IMG/VR virus record: IMGVR_UViG_3300031857_000214
Coordinates: 1-57,842 of that record
Source of the DNA: a virus
Taxonomy: Duplodnaviria; Caudoviricetes
DNA: 57,842 bases
Strand: one strand, 5' to 3'
Part shown: positions 38,127 to 47,169 of the stretch, piece after piece
Numbering within the stretch: the first letter of the stretch is position 1
Layout of the letters: each line of letters begins with the position of its first letter
The notes under the pieces: model-generated
The model's database searches: none
The model's input: only the letters and a program-made list of their open reading frames with translations
What the model was told of the DNA's origin: nothing
Position numbers and translations under genes: made by a program

Positions 38127-38534
38127 ATGAACAAATCTGTTATTAGCCCCTACGCATATCCTGGCATTAGATTGGCTGACTTACCTGCTGTTATTAGAAC
38201 TGTTATCAAGAAGAAGGGAAGGCAGTATAATCAAACTATTATCTCTGACTCAATTAATAGGGTTATGAATATCCCATTCAAAGATATAGCACATAAAAAT
38301 AGAAGAAAGACTATTGTAGATGCTAGAAGGATATACTGTTATCAAATGAAGCATAAACTTAATTGGTCTCTAAAGGAAATAGGTTCTACTATTGGCGGTC
38401 GTGACCATACTACTGTCTTATACAATATACAAACGTATAGAGATTTGTATGAAACAGATGACAACTTTAGAGATTGGGCAGACAAGATTGAGCAGAATAT
38501 TGATTTAAGTAGCGCTGATTTAACTTTTAAATAA
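38127..38534 (+). CDS. Stand-alone DnaA C-terminal (domain IV) HTH protein
   Basis: IVDARRIYCY...SLKEIGSTIGGRDHTTVLY. Confidence 0.85.
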   Translation: MNKSVISPYAYPGIRLADLPAVIRTVIKKKGRQYNQTIISDSINRVMNIPFKDIAHKNRRKTIVDARRIYCYQMKHKLNWSLKEIGSTIGGRDHTTVLYNIQTYRDLYETDDNFRDWADKIEQNIDLSSADLTFK

Positions 38535-38541
38535 AACAAAT

Positions 38542-38928
38542 ATGAATTTTCTAAAAAAACTTATCACACCGGTTTTGCCTGATAAGGAAGCTATTAGGTA
38601 CGACCACTCTGTATTAACTGCAGAACAAAGAGACTTATTGTTATCTGAGCTATTTGCTATACAGCGTGACATACTTTCTAAAAAGGGTTATGACTATGCA
38701 GGCGAAGACATACTGTCTAACTTCAGATTGGCAGGAATGATTGTAAATCAAGGTGCAAGAAATCCTGACGCTGTTAATTGTCTCAATCTCATAGGCACAA
38801 AGGTTGCTAGACTTGGGCAATTACTATCATCAGGTAAACACGCACAAAACGAGTCAGTTCAAGACTCTGTTATTGACCTATGCAACTATGCGTCATTGCT
38901 TTATCTAATCCTTAAAATGGAGAAATAA
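38542..38928 (+). CDS. Nucleotide-modification-associated domain (Nmad1/DUF1599-like) protein
   Basis: KKGYDYAGEDILSNF...KVARL...ESVQDSVIDLCNY. Confidence 0.7.
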   Translation: MNFLKKLITPVLPDKEAIRYDHSVLTAEQRDLLLSELFAIQRDILSKKGYDYAGEDILSNFRLAGMIVNQGARNPDAVNCLNLIGTKVARLGQLLSSGKHAQNESVQDSVIDLCNYASLLYLILKMEK

Positions 38929-39011
38929 TATGATAATAATAATCATAATAGCAATTATAATAGTATTGGAATCAATTCAATTTTATAAACAAAACAATTT
39001 AAATTAAACAA

Positions 39012-39341
39012 ATGTCAAAATTAAAATCAGTATCGTTATATGACGTATACAAACTAGAAGGTGAAGACAAGGCAATGGCTGTAAAAAAACTATTAGCTAT
39101 GAGCGAATCAATCAACGAGCTAGGTGATACATACATAGCCTTTGCAGACAATAATAAAAATATAGAGTCTTTGGAAGAAGAAAGGAAAATCTATATTGCA
39201 GAGCAAATTAAGCGAGAGGAGGGATTTACAATTAGCTTACCTGCCTATGTATTTTTAAGATTTGGAGCTACATTAGAAGCTAAACTAGATGAGCTTATTA
39301 ATAATATTAATACTAAAATAGACGTAAATGAAACAAAGTAA
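39012..39341 (+). CDS. Hypothetical protein
   Basis: ORF track. Confidence 0.65.
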   Translation: MSKLKSVSLYDVYKLEGEDKAMAVKKLLAMSESINELGDTYIAFADNNKNIESLEEERKIYIAEQIKREEGFTISLPAYVFLRFGATLEAKLDELINNINTKIDVNETK

Positions 39342-39675
39342 ATTTACCAATATCATTGCATCAGTATTTACTAAGCCTCAGGCTAATACATACTCGCACG
39401 AATACGATATTGCTCATAATGAAGAAACAGGTAGAACAACTATTATCCGCTCAAACTCAAGCGACTGGGCTGAAGAAGTTAAAGGAGAACAAGCAGGTCA
39501 TGTAGTAGATGATGGAGATGAAATCTTTATAATGATTGATGGTCAAGATATGACTCTTGACTACGCTCAGTTTCAAGTCTTAACTGCTTTAGTTATGGCT
39601 GTTAACCAAGAAGACATTGAGCTTAGGCAATATAAAACAATTAGCAAATTATCAAAAATCAATCAACATGAATAA
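39328..39675 (+). CDS. Hypothetical protein
   Basis: ORF track. Confidence 0.65.
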   Translation: MKQSKFTNIIASVFTKPQANTYSHEYDIAHNEETGRTTIIRSNSSDWAEEVKGEQAGHVVDDGDEIFIMIDGQDMTLDYAQFQVLTALVMAVNQEDIELRQYKTISKLSKINQHE

Positions 39676-39946
39676 TGAAGAAAAATTGCATCACGTTTTA
39701 GTCGCAATGTCTATTATGATTCCATTGAGAGAAACATTAGAACGACTATCTGTAGAGATAGGTAGTGCTGTTAAAAACATTGATGAAGCTAATACAGATG
39801 GATTGTCTGACGATATAAAGATGATTGGTATGCTTTGTGCTTTGTCTATGATTACATTTGAGGAGGAATATGGCAAAGACCTCAAGAAAGCCAAAGATAT
39901 GCTTGATGTAGAGCAAAAATTAAAAGATATATTTAAAAAGAAATAA
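39668..39946 (+). CDS. Hypothetical protein (start MNNEEK)
   Basis: ATG at 39668 preferred to TTG at 39617. Confidence 0.65.
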   Translation: MNNEEKLHHVLVAMSIMIPLRETLERLSVEIGSAVKNIDEANTDGLSDDIKMIGMLCALSMITFEEEYGKDLKKAKDMLDVEQKLKDIFKKK

Positions 39947-39947
39947 T

Positions 39948-40061
39948 ATGGAAGAGTTTAAATCCGTATTGCTTAGTGCTTCGCCATGTATTGCAATACT
40001 AATTCTATTTGGTACAATGTTATATTTTGATAATAAAAACAGAAAAGAAAATAAATCATGA
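39948..40061 (+). CDS. 37 aa membrane peptide
   Basis: Read manually; one TM; ATGA overlap with next gene. Confidence 0.5.
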   Translation: MEEFKSVLLSASPCIAILILFGTMLYFDNKNRKENKS

Positions 40062-40330
40062 AAAACTACAAGATATTTAGAAGTGTTTACATAGATAAAG
40101 ATGGCGACGAAATAGCGCCATACTATTTTATTAAAAAGTTAGAACGTATCCTTTGGTTTGGGTACTGGAAAACAGTAACTCATCAAGACTATTTAAAGAC
40201 GGATGGTGGCACAGTTATAACTCATTTTCATACATACGATGATGCTTACAATTTCATTATCAATGTATTATCTAAAAATAAGATAAGACAAAAACGTATT
40301 GATGCAGAGGTTGCAAAAGTTGACATCTAA
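40058..40330 (+). CDS. Hypothetical protein
   Basis: ORF track. Confidence 0.65.
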   Translation: MKNYKIFRSVYIDKDGDEIAPYYFIKKLERILWFGYWKTVTHQDYLKTDGGTVITHFHTYDDAYNFIINVLSKNKIRQKRIDAEVAKVDI

Positions 40331-40337
40331 AAATAAA

Positions 40338-40368
40338 TTTGGATAATTAAAAACTATACCTATCTTTG
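40338..40368 (+). promoter_or_regulatory. Consensus Bacteroidota promoter
   Basis: TTTG-N19-TATCTTTG. Confidence 0.8.
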
Positions 40369-40371
40369 CTA

Positions 40372-40680
40372 TGCAAATCCGATAAGGTAGTGAGATTACG
40401 TTGTCGGGTTGAAAAGAACCCTCTGTTGGATAGTATCCTCAGATTGACGCTTAAAAAGCGTTTCTAATCAGCCCATCAAAATCTCACTTTGGTGGGTTTT
40501 TTTTATTCCCCTTACGGATAGTAGTCAAAGCAATATGGCTACTTGCACCTACTGACATCGGCCTGAAGATAAGTACGGCTGTCCGTTATATGGGATACGC
40601 ATAAGGTCTAAACCTCCGATATTTATTCTTATCCTTCCTATTGCCTAGCAATGGGGGAGGGTAGGGAGGGGGCTTCACAA
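40372..40680 (+). promoter_or_regulatory. Structured leader with internal terminator and loop-loop complementarity
   Basis: Hairpin 40376-40410, terminator 40470-40504, further stems to about 40670. Confidence 0.6.
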
Positions 40681-40717
40681 ACGATAATTTTAATTAAAAA
40701 ATAAACTAATTGCGTAA

Positions 40718-41449
40718 ATGAAAAAGATAATAAACTTCAGTGGTGGCAAGACATCTGCACTTATGGCAATACAAAACTATAACGAAGGTGATACTGTTCT
40801 ATTCACTGATACAATGAGAGAACATCCTATGACTTACAAATTCATAGATGACTTTGAAAAGTATGAAAATATACCTGTAACAAGAATTACATATGATGGT
40901 GGCGGATTTGATGCAATGTTAAGTAAGAAAGGTTATAGGCAAATACCTAATAGAGTAAAGAGAATATGTACTTTAGAATTAAAAATAAGAACAGCTAAAA
41001 GGTATGTTCGTAAGCAATGGGGTAAGCAAGACTACGAATGGTTAGTTGGATTTAGGGCAGATGAAGAAAGAAGGGTAAAAGGTTATAATTCTTATGTAGC
41101 ATACATACATCCTAGATTCCCTCTATATGATGCAGGTATAACTAAAGAAATGGTTAATGAATATTGGTCAAATAAGCCATACACATTAGAAATACCACCT
41201 ATTCTTGGTAATTGTACTCTTTGTTTTTTAAAAGGGAAGAATGCAATCATAAGTATATTAAGAGACTTTCCTGAATTAGCAAATGATTGGATTAAAGATG
41301 AAGAGATGTCGGCAAAATCTGGCGCTAATAGAACTTATTTTCAAGACACTACGTACAAACAATTATTACAAATAGCACAGAGTGATTTATTTAAGGGGCA
41401 AGATTTAAAAGATATCAATCCTGCATTTAATTGCTCTTGCACAAGTTAA
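40718..41449 (+). CDS. PAPS reductase-family (PP-loop) protein
   Basis: NFSGGKTSALM, FTDT, RICTLELK, GFRADE, GNCTLCFLK, C-terminal CSC. Confidence 0.85.
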   Translation: MKKIINFSGGKTSALMAIQNYNEGDTVLFTDTMREHPMTYKFIDDFEKYENIPVTRITYDGGGFDAMLSKKGYRQIPNRVKRICTLELKIRTAKRYVRKQWGKQDYEWLVGFRADEERRVKGYNSYVAYIHPRFPLYDAGITKEMVNEYWSNKPYTLEIPPILGNCTLCFLKGKNAIISILRDFPELANDWIKDEEMSAKSGANRTYFQDTTYKQLLQIAQSDLFKGQDLKDINPAFNCSCTS

Positions 41450-41455
41450 AAAAAT

Positions 41456-41572
41456 ATGAAGTTCAATAAACAACAGAAAGTAGCTTTTATACTAGGCATA
41501 GTAATTCCATATGTAATACTCCTTACAGGGTTAATACTATGTGGCTTCTTTAAAAAATTATTTGGAAAGTAA
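41456..41572 (+). CDS. 38 aa membrane peptide
   Basis: Read manually; MKFNKQQKVAFILGIVIPYVILLTGLILCGFFKKLFGK. Confidence 0.5.
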   Translation: MKFNKQQKVAFILGIVIPYVILLTGLILCGFFKKLFGK

Positions 41573-41592
41573 AAAAGTATTTTGTAAATTCG
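41561..41592 (+). promoter_or_regulatory. Promoter for ERF gene
   Basis: TTTG-N20-TAAATTCG. Confidence 0.6.
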
Positions 41593-41608
41593 CAAAAATA
41601 AATAACCA

Positions 41609-42172
41609 ATGAAAAATCTACTAAAGGCATTAGCTCAATTCCAATCGGAATGCCCAGCTATCAAGAAGAATTCGGACAATCCATTCTTCAAATCAAAGTA
41701 TGCAGCATTAGATGCAATACAGCATCATATTCAGCCGTATCTAACTAAGTATGGCTTAACAGTTATTCAGCCTAATCATTGGACTGATGGTCAGCTGTTT
41801 GTTAAAACAATAGTACATCACGTAGATAGTGGTGAGTATATTGAATCAGCATTTCCGGTAGTTACTCAAAAGCATACAGCTCAGGACTACGGTAGTGCTG
41901 TTACTTACGCAAAGAGATATAGCCTAACAGGTGCTCTCAATATAATTGTAGAAGATGAAGATGATGATGGCAATACAGCAACACAAGGTGCTACACAAGT
42001 ATCTTTTAAGCAGACTCCAGTGCCTGCCTCTGATGACAAGCCTTGGTTAAATAAACAAAATCAACATTGGCCTGTTATTGTAGAAGCATTGAAAGAAGGT
42101 AAGACAGATATTAAACGCTTAAGAGATAAGTATAAGATTTCTAAGGCTACTGAAGCAGAATTAACAGCATAA
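41609..42172 (+). CDS. ERF-family single-strand annealing protein
   Basis: NPFFKSKYA, QDYGSAVTYAKRYSL, EDDDGN. Confidence 0.9.
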   Translation: MKNLLKALAQFQSECPAIKKNSDNPFFKSKYAALDAIQHHIQPYLTKYGLTVIQPNHWTDGQLFVKTIVHHVDSGEYIESAFPVVTQKHTAQDYGSAVTYAKRYSLTGALNIIVEDEDDDGNTATQGATQVSFKQTPVPASDDKPWLNKQNQHWPVIVEALKEGKTDIKRLRDKYKISKATEAELTA

Positions 42173-42173
42173 T

Positions 42174-42338
42174 ATGGAAAATCAACAAGAACTACAAGTT
42201 CGAGTAGAACATATTATAGTTAAAATAGAAGAGATAATACATTCCCTACGCACAGCTATTGAACAAGGCAATGACTTACACATCGGCATAGTACTTGGTC
42301 AATCAATAAAACAGCTAGAAGAAATAGCGTACGGATAA
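42174..42338 (+). CDS. 54 aa hypothetical protein
   Basis: Read manually; starts 1 nt after ERF stop. Confidence 0.55.
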   Translation: MENQQELQVRVEHIIVKIEEIIHSLRTAIEQGNDLHIGIVLGQSIKQLEEIAYG

Positions 42339-42454
42339 ACATATTGCCCTCCTTCAAATCACAATCATTAAAAATTAATAAACATAGGGTGTTAGTTAGT
42401 TTCCCGATGGGTTGGAGGGCAAAAATAGTTGATGTGATAATAAATAAGAACAAG

Positions 42455-42488
42455 ACCTCTGGTGTTTCTACATCGGAGGTCGCTTTTT
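42455..42488 (+). terminator. Terminator-like hairpin
   Basis: GACCTCTGGTG-TTTCTA-CATCGGAGGTC then T-run. Confidence 0.7.
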
Positions 42489-42502
42489 AAAAAAACAATT
42501 TT

Positions 42503-43264
42503 ATGATAACAATAGATAATTTAAACGAGCGTCCACTTAGCTACAGCTCACTAAAAGAATTCGCTAAGTCACCTGCCCATTATGTAGAGTATTTACGTAA
42601 AGAGAGGAAGCCTAGCCCTGCGATGCTATTCGGAAGTCTAGTTCATTGCTTATTACTTCAGCCAAATGAGGTATCAAATCAGTTCGCTGTTATGCCAAAT
42701 GTAGATAAGCGCACTAAAGAAGGTAAGGCTGCGTATGAAGCATTCTTACTTACCGCAGATGGCAAGGAAGTAGTAACACAAGAGCAATACAACGAGGCTG
42801 ACAACTTAGTTAATAAGGTTATATCAGAGCCTCACATAGCCAACGCTATACAAGGATGTAATACGTTTGAAAAGGAATGGCGTGCAGAAATCAATGGGTT
42901 GCCGTTCAGAGGGTTCTTTGATGGAGAAGCTGACGACTATATACTTGAGGTAAAGACGGCCAATGACGCTAGTCCAAAAACTATCATCAATGATTTTTAC
43001 AATCGACAATACCACATTCAAGCCGGCTTATATTCACATATTTCAGGCAAACCAATTAAGTATTTAATCATTGAGACTACAGCTCCATACAATGTTATAT
43101 TGGCTGATGTAGACCCCGCATTTACCGACTTAGGTCTCAAAGAAGCTGTTAAGCATATCAACTCGTTTAAGGTATGCCTAGAAAATAATATGTTCAATAT
43201 GGGTTATGAGTTTCATATGGAGTCAGGAGCATTTACCATAGGATTGCCATCTTGGATAAAATAA
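42503..43264 (+). CDS. PD-(D/E)XK exonuclease (RecE/DUF3799-like)
   Basis: LSYSSLK, FGSLVH, RGFFD...LEVKT, YHIQAGLY. Confidence 0.85.
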   Translation: MITIDNLNERPLSYSSLKEFAKSPAHYVEYLRKERKPSPAMLFGSLVHCLLLQPNEVSNQFAVMPNVDKRTKEGKAAYEAFLLTADGKEVVTQEQYNEADNLVNKVISEPHIANAIQGCNTFEKEWRAEINGLPFRGFFDGEADDYILEVKTANDASPKTIINDFYNRQYHIQAGLYSHISGKPIKYLIIETTAPYNVILADVDPAFTDLGLKEAVKHINSFKVCLENNMFNMGYEFHMESGAFTIGLPSWIK

Positions 43265-43265
43265 A

Positions 43266-43296
43266 TTTGGTAGTTTCGCAAAAGTTTGTATATTCG
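43266..43296 (+). promoter_or_regulatory. Promoter
   Basis: TTTG-N19-TATATTCG. Confidence 0.6.
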
Positions 43297-43372
43297 CAAT
43301 ACCTTTTAGATGAATTGGTTACGATAAGCACGGGGGGTGTAGGCATAGTGCATCCCCCAAATTTTAAAAATT

Positions 43373-43735
43373 ATGGGTAGATACGACTACTTCCGAATAA
43401 ACGCAAACTTACTTCCTACGTCTAATGCGCAGGAGTTAGAAGACTTGACAGATTTAGAATTCCAAACAAAAGATTTGGATAAAGAGTTCTTAGAGTATAA
43501 TGTTGCAGATGATGGATATTTATATTTCAAAGACTTTGAATATCAGATGACACCAACAGATAATCCTGACGGATTATTTAGTATAGAATTGAAAAGAATA
43601 AATGAAACTATAAAAAAGAGTTATTACTCTGGTACTATTGAATTTTACGGTAAACCATACGAGCTGTTCTACACATTCAAAGCAAGTTTTGTAGACGGAA
43701 AACTAACCGCCGTAGATTTGGTAGGAAAAGAGTAA
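43373..43735 (+). CDS. Conserved hypothetical protein
   Basis: MGxxD...FQTKDL...F..GKL pattern. Confidence 0.7.
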   Translation: MGRYDYFRINANLLPTSNAQELEDLTDLEFQTKDLDKEFLEYNVADDGYLYFKDFEYQMTPTDNPDGLFSIELKRINETIKKSYYSGTIEFYGKPYELFYTFKASFVDGKLTAVDLVGKE

Positions 43736-43749
43736 ACCATTGAAACCAT

Positions 43750-43998
43750 ATGACCACAAAGAGCAAGGGTATAACCAAAGCAAAATTAACCCGACACTAC
43801 CCTAACATAGCTAAAATTGTTGATGAGATTTATCAAACAGAAAAAGCTGCAAACTATTGGTTCTTTGTAAATTACTGCGGTAAGTACAAGGACAAGCAAG
43901 GTAATCCTAGAACTGTTTCTATGGGAGCTATTATTGACCTTATAACCTCTTATGGATATCAGGTTGAAATCATAGCCAAGAAGAAACAAATAGCTTAA
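43750..43998 (+). CDS. Hypothetical protein (possible HTH)
   Basis: ORF track. Confidence 0.6.
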   Translation: MTTKSKGITKAKLTRHYPNIAKIVDEIYQTEKAANYWFFVNYCGKYKDKQGNPRTVSMGAIIDLITSYGYQVEIIAKKKQIA

Positions 43999-44022
43999 TT
44001 TCGCAAAAAAAAAAAATTTAAA

Positions 44023-44388
44023 ATGGCATTAGCAACACGCACACCACAACAACAACTTATAGAAGGATTTTATGAGTTAGAAGTAGCCGCTCACTTATCG
44101 CACGTGAATACACGTTCATATGCAGAGCATAACGCATTTGGAAGTTTCTACGATAAAGTAGGAGACTTTAAAGATTTTTTAGTAGAATACCACATGGGAG
44201 AAGGTAAGTTAACAAAGTTGACTATATCTGTTATTGACCCATCAGGTTCTACTCCTGCATTAGCAGACTCTTTATCAGAGAAGTTCTGTAACTATGCAAA
44301 ACAATTAGGAGATGAAGCATTAATCAACAAAGCAGGCGAGTTCGAAGAAGTAGTAGCTCACTTGAAGTATATGTTGATGTTGAAATAA
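44023..44388 (+). CDS. Ferritin/Dps-like protein (DUF5856-like)
   Basis: HLSHVNTRSYAEHNAFGSFYD...DFLVE...LKYMLMLK. Confidence 0.75.
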   Translation: MALATRTPQQQLIEGFYELEVAAHLSHVNTRSYAEHNAFGSFYDKVGDFKDFLVEYHMGEGKLTKLTISVIDPSGSTPALADSLSEKFCNYAKQLGDEALINKAGEFEEVVAHLKYMLMLK

Positions 44389-44430
44389 TTACAGGGGGCT
44401 GTAATACAGACATACGTCCTTTTGAACAAT

Positions 44431-44461
44431 CTCCCCTTAGTTTCTACTAGGGGGACTTTTT
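44431..44461 (+). terminator. Intrinsic terminator
   Basis: TCCCCTTAG-TTTCTA-CTAGGGGA then T-run. Confidence 0.7.
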
Positions 44462-44496
44462 AACCAAAGCATTTTTTAACCAATAAATCATATAAA

Positions 44497-44808
44497 ATGG
44501 CAGAAGAAAAAATCTACCTAAACAAATTCACTAGCACTAAATCTAGCGAATACGGATTCGGCATTTACATCAAAGATGTTAACGCTTTATACGAAGAACT
44601 TAAGTCGCACGCTAATCCTGATGGAAGCATCAGATTGTATGTGTCTAAAAAGAAAACAGCAGATAAGTATGGTAACGATGGTACTGTTACATTAAACACT
44701 TGGAAGCCTGATGGCAGTAAAGTAGCTGTAAACAATTACAATCAGGCTAAAGCACAGCCTCAATATATTGCGCCACAAGCAGTGGCTAATGACGATTTGC
44801 CTTTCTAG
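44497..44808 (+). CDS. SSB-like protein
   Basis: DKYGN motif and acidic DDLPF C-terminus; next to primase-helicase. Confidence 0.65.
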   Translation: MAEEKIYLNKFTSTKSSEYGFGIYIKDVNALYEELKSHANPDGSIRLYVSKKKTADKYGNDGTVTLNTWKPDGSKVAVNNYNQAKAQPQYIAPQAVANDDLPF

Positions 44809-44884
44809 GCTCTTTCGAGTGTGATTTTCTTATATTTTTCCCCTGTGAGCGTAAAAACTTACAGGGGTTTTTTAACCAATATCT

Positions 44885-46702
44885 ATGCAAAAGGTAACTA
44901 TATTTAAAACGATAAAGACAATCAGTGAACCTCACTTTGTACCAATAGACTCTGTTCTTAACGCAATTAAGAGTGGGAAATATAAGGAACAAGTAGATGT
45001 CATTAGAGATTGCAAAGACCCATCTAAAATATCTTCCCTCAAAGCAAACCTCCCTTGTGTATTATTCGCAGGGGAATTTGCTAAACCAATAACCAAAAAT
45101 TACGAAAATGGAGAAGAATACATTTCTTATAGGGATGATAAGTCTCTTACAACGCACAGTGGATTTGTTCCTATTGATATTGATGATATAGATGACATCA
45201 ATGCAAAAAAGAAAGAACTAATAAGCAATCCATACATCTATGCACTATGGACATCTTCAAGCGGTAAAGGTCTGCACGGCCTAGTTAAAATAGGAGATGG
45301 CAATAAGCATACAGAACATTATAAGGCGCTATTGGAAGAGATACCTGGACTAGATACTACAGCTAGAAATCCATCAAGGGTGCTGTATGTTTCTAATGAC
45401 CCCGATATATACATAAACACATCTTCAAGTGTATTTTATAATATCATTAAAGAGGAAGAGATAAAGCCTGCGTCTATTAGATTTGGAGATGGCTATACGG
45501 ACTACAAGAAGATTGATATAGCATCAAGGATGATACGCCTTTCCAAAGATGGAGAGAAGCACCATACATTACTTAAGGCCGCTCATTTATTGGGTGGATA
45601 CGTAGCCACTAAACATATCGAATATGATATTGCTTATAATATTCTTCTTCATGAGATATCTAAGAAAGATGTAGATGATTTAAACCTAGCAAGAAAAACC
45701 ATTGACGATGGTATAAGGCACGGTATGACAATGCCTATTAAAGATATTGAACAGAACTTTAGAGAAGCTGTACGTATAATAGGCGTACAAGAAGAGGATT
45801 TAAACTTCCTTGCATCTAACACAAGAGATGATGACTATATCTTTAAGTTTAGGTCTGGACTTATACCTATGGGCCTGTCATTTGGCTATAGTGACTTAGA
45901 TGACAATTTAAGGCTCAAGGAGGGCGAGTTTTACGCAACCCTAGCACATAGTCACATTGGTAAAACAAGCGTCAATTTATGGCTTATTTTCCTTTCTGCG
46001 ATACATTATGATTGGAATTGGATGCTGTATATGGGAGAGAATCAGTCAGCATCTATCAAGATGAAGCTAATGGAGTACTTTATAGGCAAGAAAATTCAAA
46101 AGATGAATGACCTTGAGCATAACGTAGCCCTTAGATTTATTGATGAGCATTTCTTCATCCTATCTACGGATAATATGTATACATATGGAGAGATATTAGA
46201 GCATTCTAAAACACTAATGCAGTACAAGTCGCTTAAGGGTATCTTTATTGACCCATACAATAGCCTTAAAATGGAGCTTACGGTGTCAAAGAATAAGTAT
46301 ATATACGATTATGAGGCGTATAGTGAAATGCTTAATTACACAAAGAAGTATAACACAACTATATTCTTATCAGTTCACTCTACTACTGCCGCTCAAAGAG
46401 AAAGAGATAGTAGTGGTAATCAGAAAGCACCACACGCATCCGACACGGAAGGTGGCTCGGCCCTATACAATAGGGTAGATAATTTTATGACTTATCATAG
46501 AAAGATTAAGAGCCCTGATGAGTGGATGTTTACGGAGATATCCGTTGATAAGGTTAGAAACCAAGACACAGGTGGCTCTCCTACAAGACAAGGCAATCCG
46601 TTTGTAATCAGAATGAATAATGGAGTTGAGTTTGTTGACATCAATAATCAGCTACCATTTAATAGAGAAAAATTATTGTTGAAACATAAATGCAGATTTT
46701 AA
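44885..46702 (+). CDS. Primase-helicase (VirE-N/BT4734-like AEP primase plus DnaB-like helicase)
   Basis: KANLPCVLFAG, IDIDD, SSSGKGLH, SNDP; Walker A AHSHIGKT, IFIDPYN, VDKVR. Confidence 0.85.
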   Translation: MQKVTIFKTIKTISEPHFVPIDSVLNAIKSGKYKEQVDVIRDCKDPSKISSLKANLPCVLFAGEFAKPITKNYENGEEYISYRDDKSLTTHSGFVPIDIDDIDDINAKKKELISNPYIYALWTSSSGKGLHGLVKIGDGNKHTEHYKALLEEIPGLDTTARNPSRVLYVSNDPDIYINTSSSVFYNIIKEEEIKPASIRFGDGYTDYKKIDIASRMIRLSKDGEKHHTLLKAAHLLGGYVATKHIEYDIAYNILLHEISKKDVDDLNLARKTIDDGIRHGMTMPIKDIEQNFREAVRIIGVQEEDLNFLASNTRDDDYIFKFRSGLIPMGLSFGYSDLDDNLRLKEGEFYATLAHSHIGKTSVNLWLIFLSAIHYDWNWMLYMGENQSASIKMKLMEYFIGKKIQKMNDLEHNVALRFIDEHFFILSTDNMYTYGEILEHSKTLMQYKSLKGIFIDPYNSLKMELTVSKNKYIYDYEAYSEMLNYTKKYNTTIFLSVHSTTAAQRERDSSGNQKAPHASDTEGGSALYNRVDNFMTYHRKIKSPDEWMFTEISVDKVRNQDTGGSPTRQGNPFVIRMNNGVEFVDINNQLPFNREKLLLKHKCRF

Positions 46703-46939
46703 ATGGGTTACGAATTCATAGACCATTCAAGAGTAAGTGTCATAGCTTACGATATGACCATACCTGATTTAGAAACAAGAAAGCAAAAGGCCATTGAATT
46801 TAAAACATTAAAATTGGCTGAGCAAAAACTAGGTGTAGGTCAGCACGTATTAAAGACCGCTATTAAAAATAGAGGAAGGGTGTTTTCTACACTATATCAA
46901 AAAGAATTTGCTGTACGCATAAAACCAATTAAAAAATGA
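46703..46939 (+). CDS. Small NUMOD1-like HTH protein
   Basis: EFKTLKLAEQKLGV...LKTAI. Confidence 0.5.
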   Translation: MGYEFIDHSRVSVIAYDMTIPDLETRKQKAIEFKTLKLAEQKLGVGQHVLKTAIKNRGRVFSTLYQKEFAVRIKPIKK

Positions 46940-47169
46940 AAAAGAAAAAACAAAAAGAAGTGTTGATATATGGCAATCATTATCACATAGAGTGCTCATT
47001 ACTTTACCTTGGCATAGCAGAATGTAGGCTTGTTAATGGGAAGATTAGGTGGATACAAAAATATTATTTTTCTGATGGTAATTATGAAGAAAAAGAATGT
47101 CACTTTGTAACAGGATGGTATCTAGCTACTGACGAAGAGATAAAACTACAAAATGATTTTATAAAATGA
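46936..47169 (+). CDS. Hypothetical protein
   Basis: ATGA overlaps on both sides. Confidence 0.6.
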   Translation: MKKKKQKEVLIYGNHYHIECSLLYLGIAECRLVNGKIRWIQKYYFSDGNYEEKECHFVTGWYLATDEEIKLQNDFIK

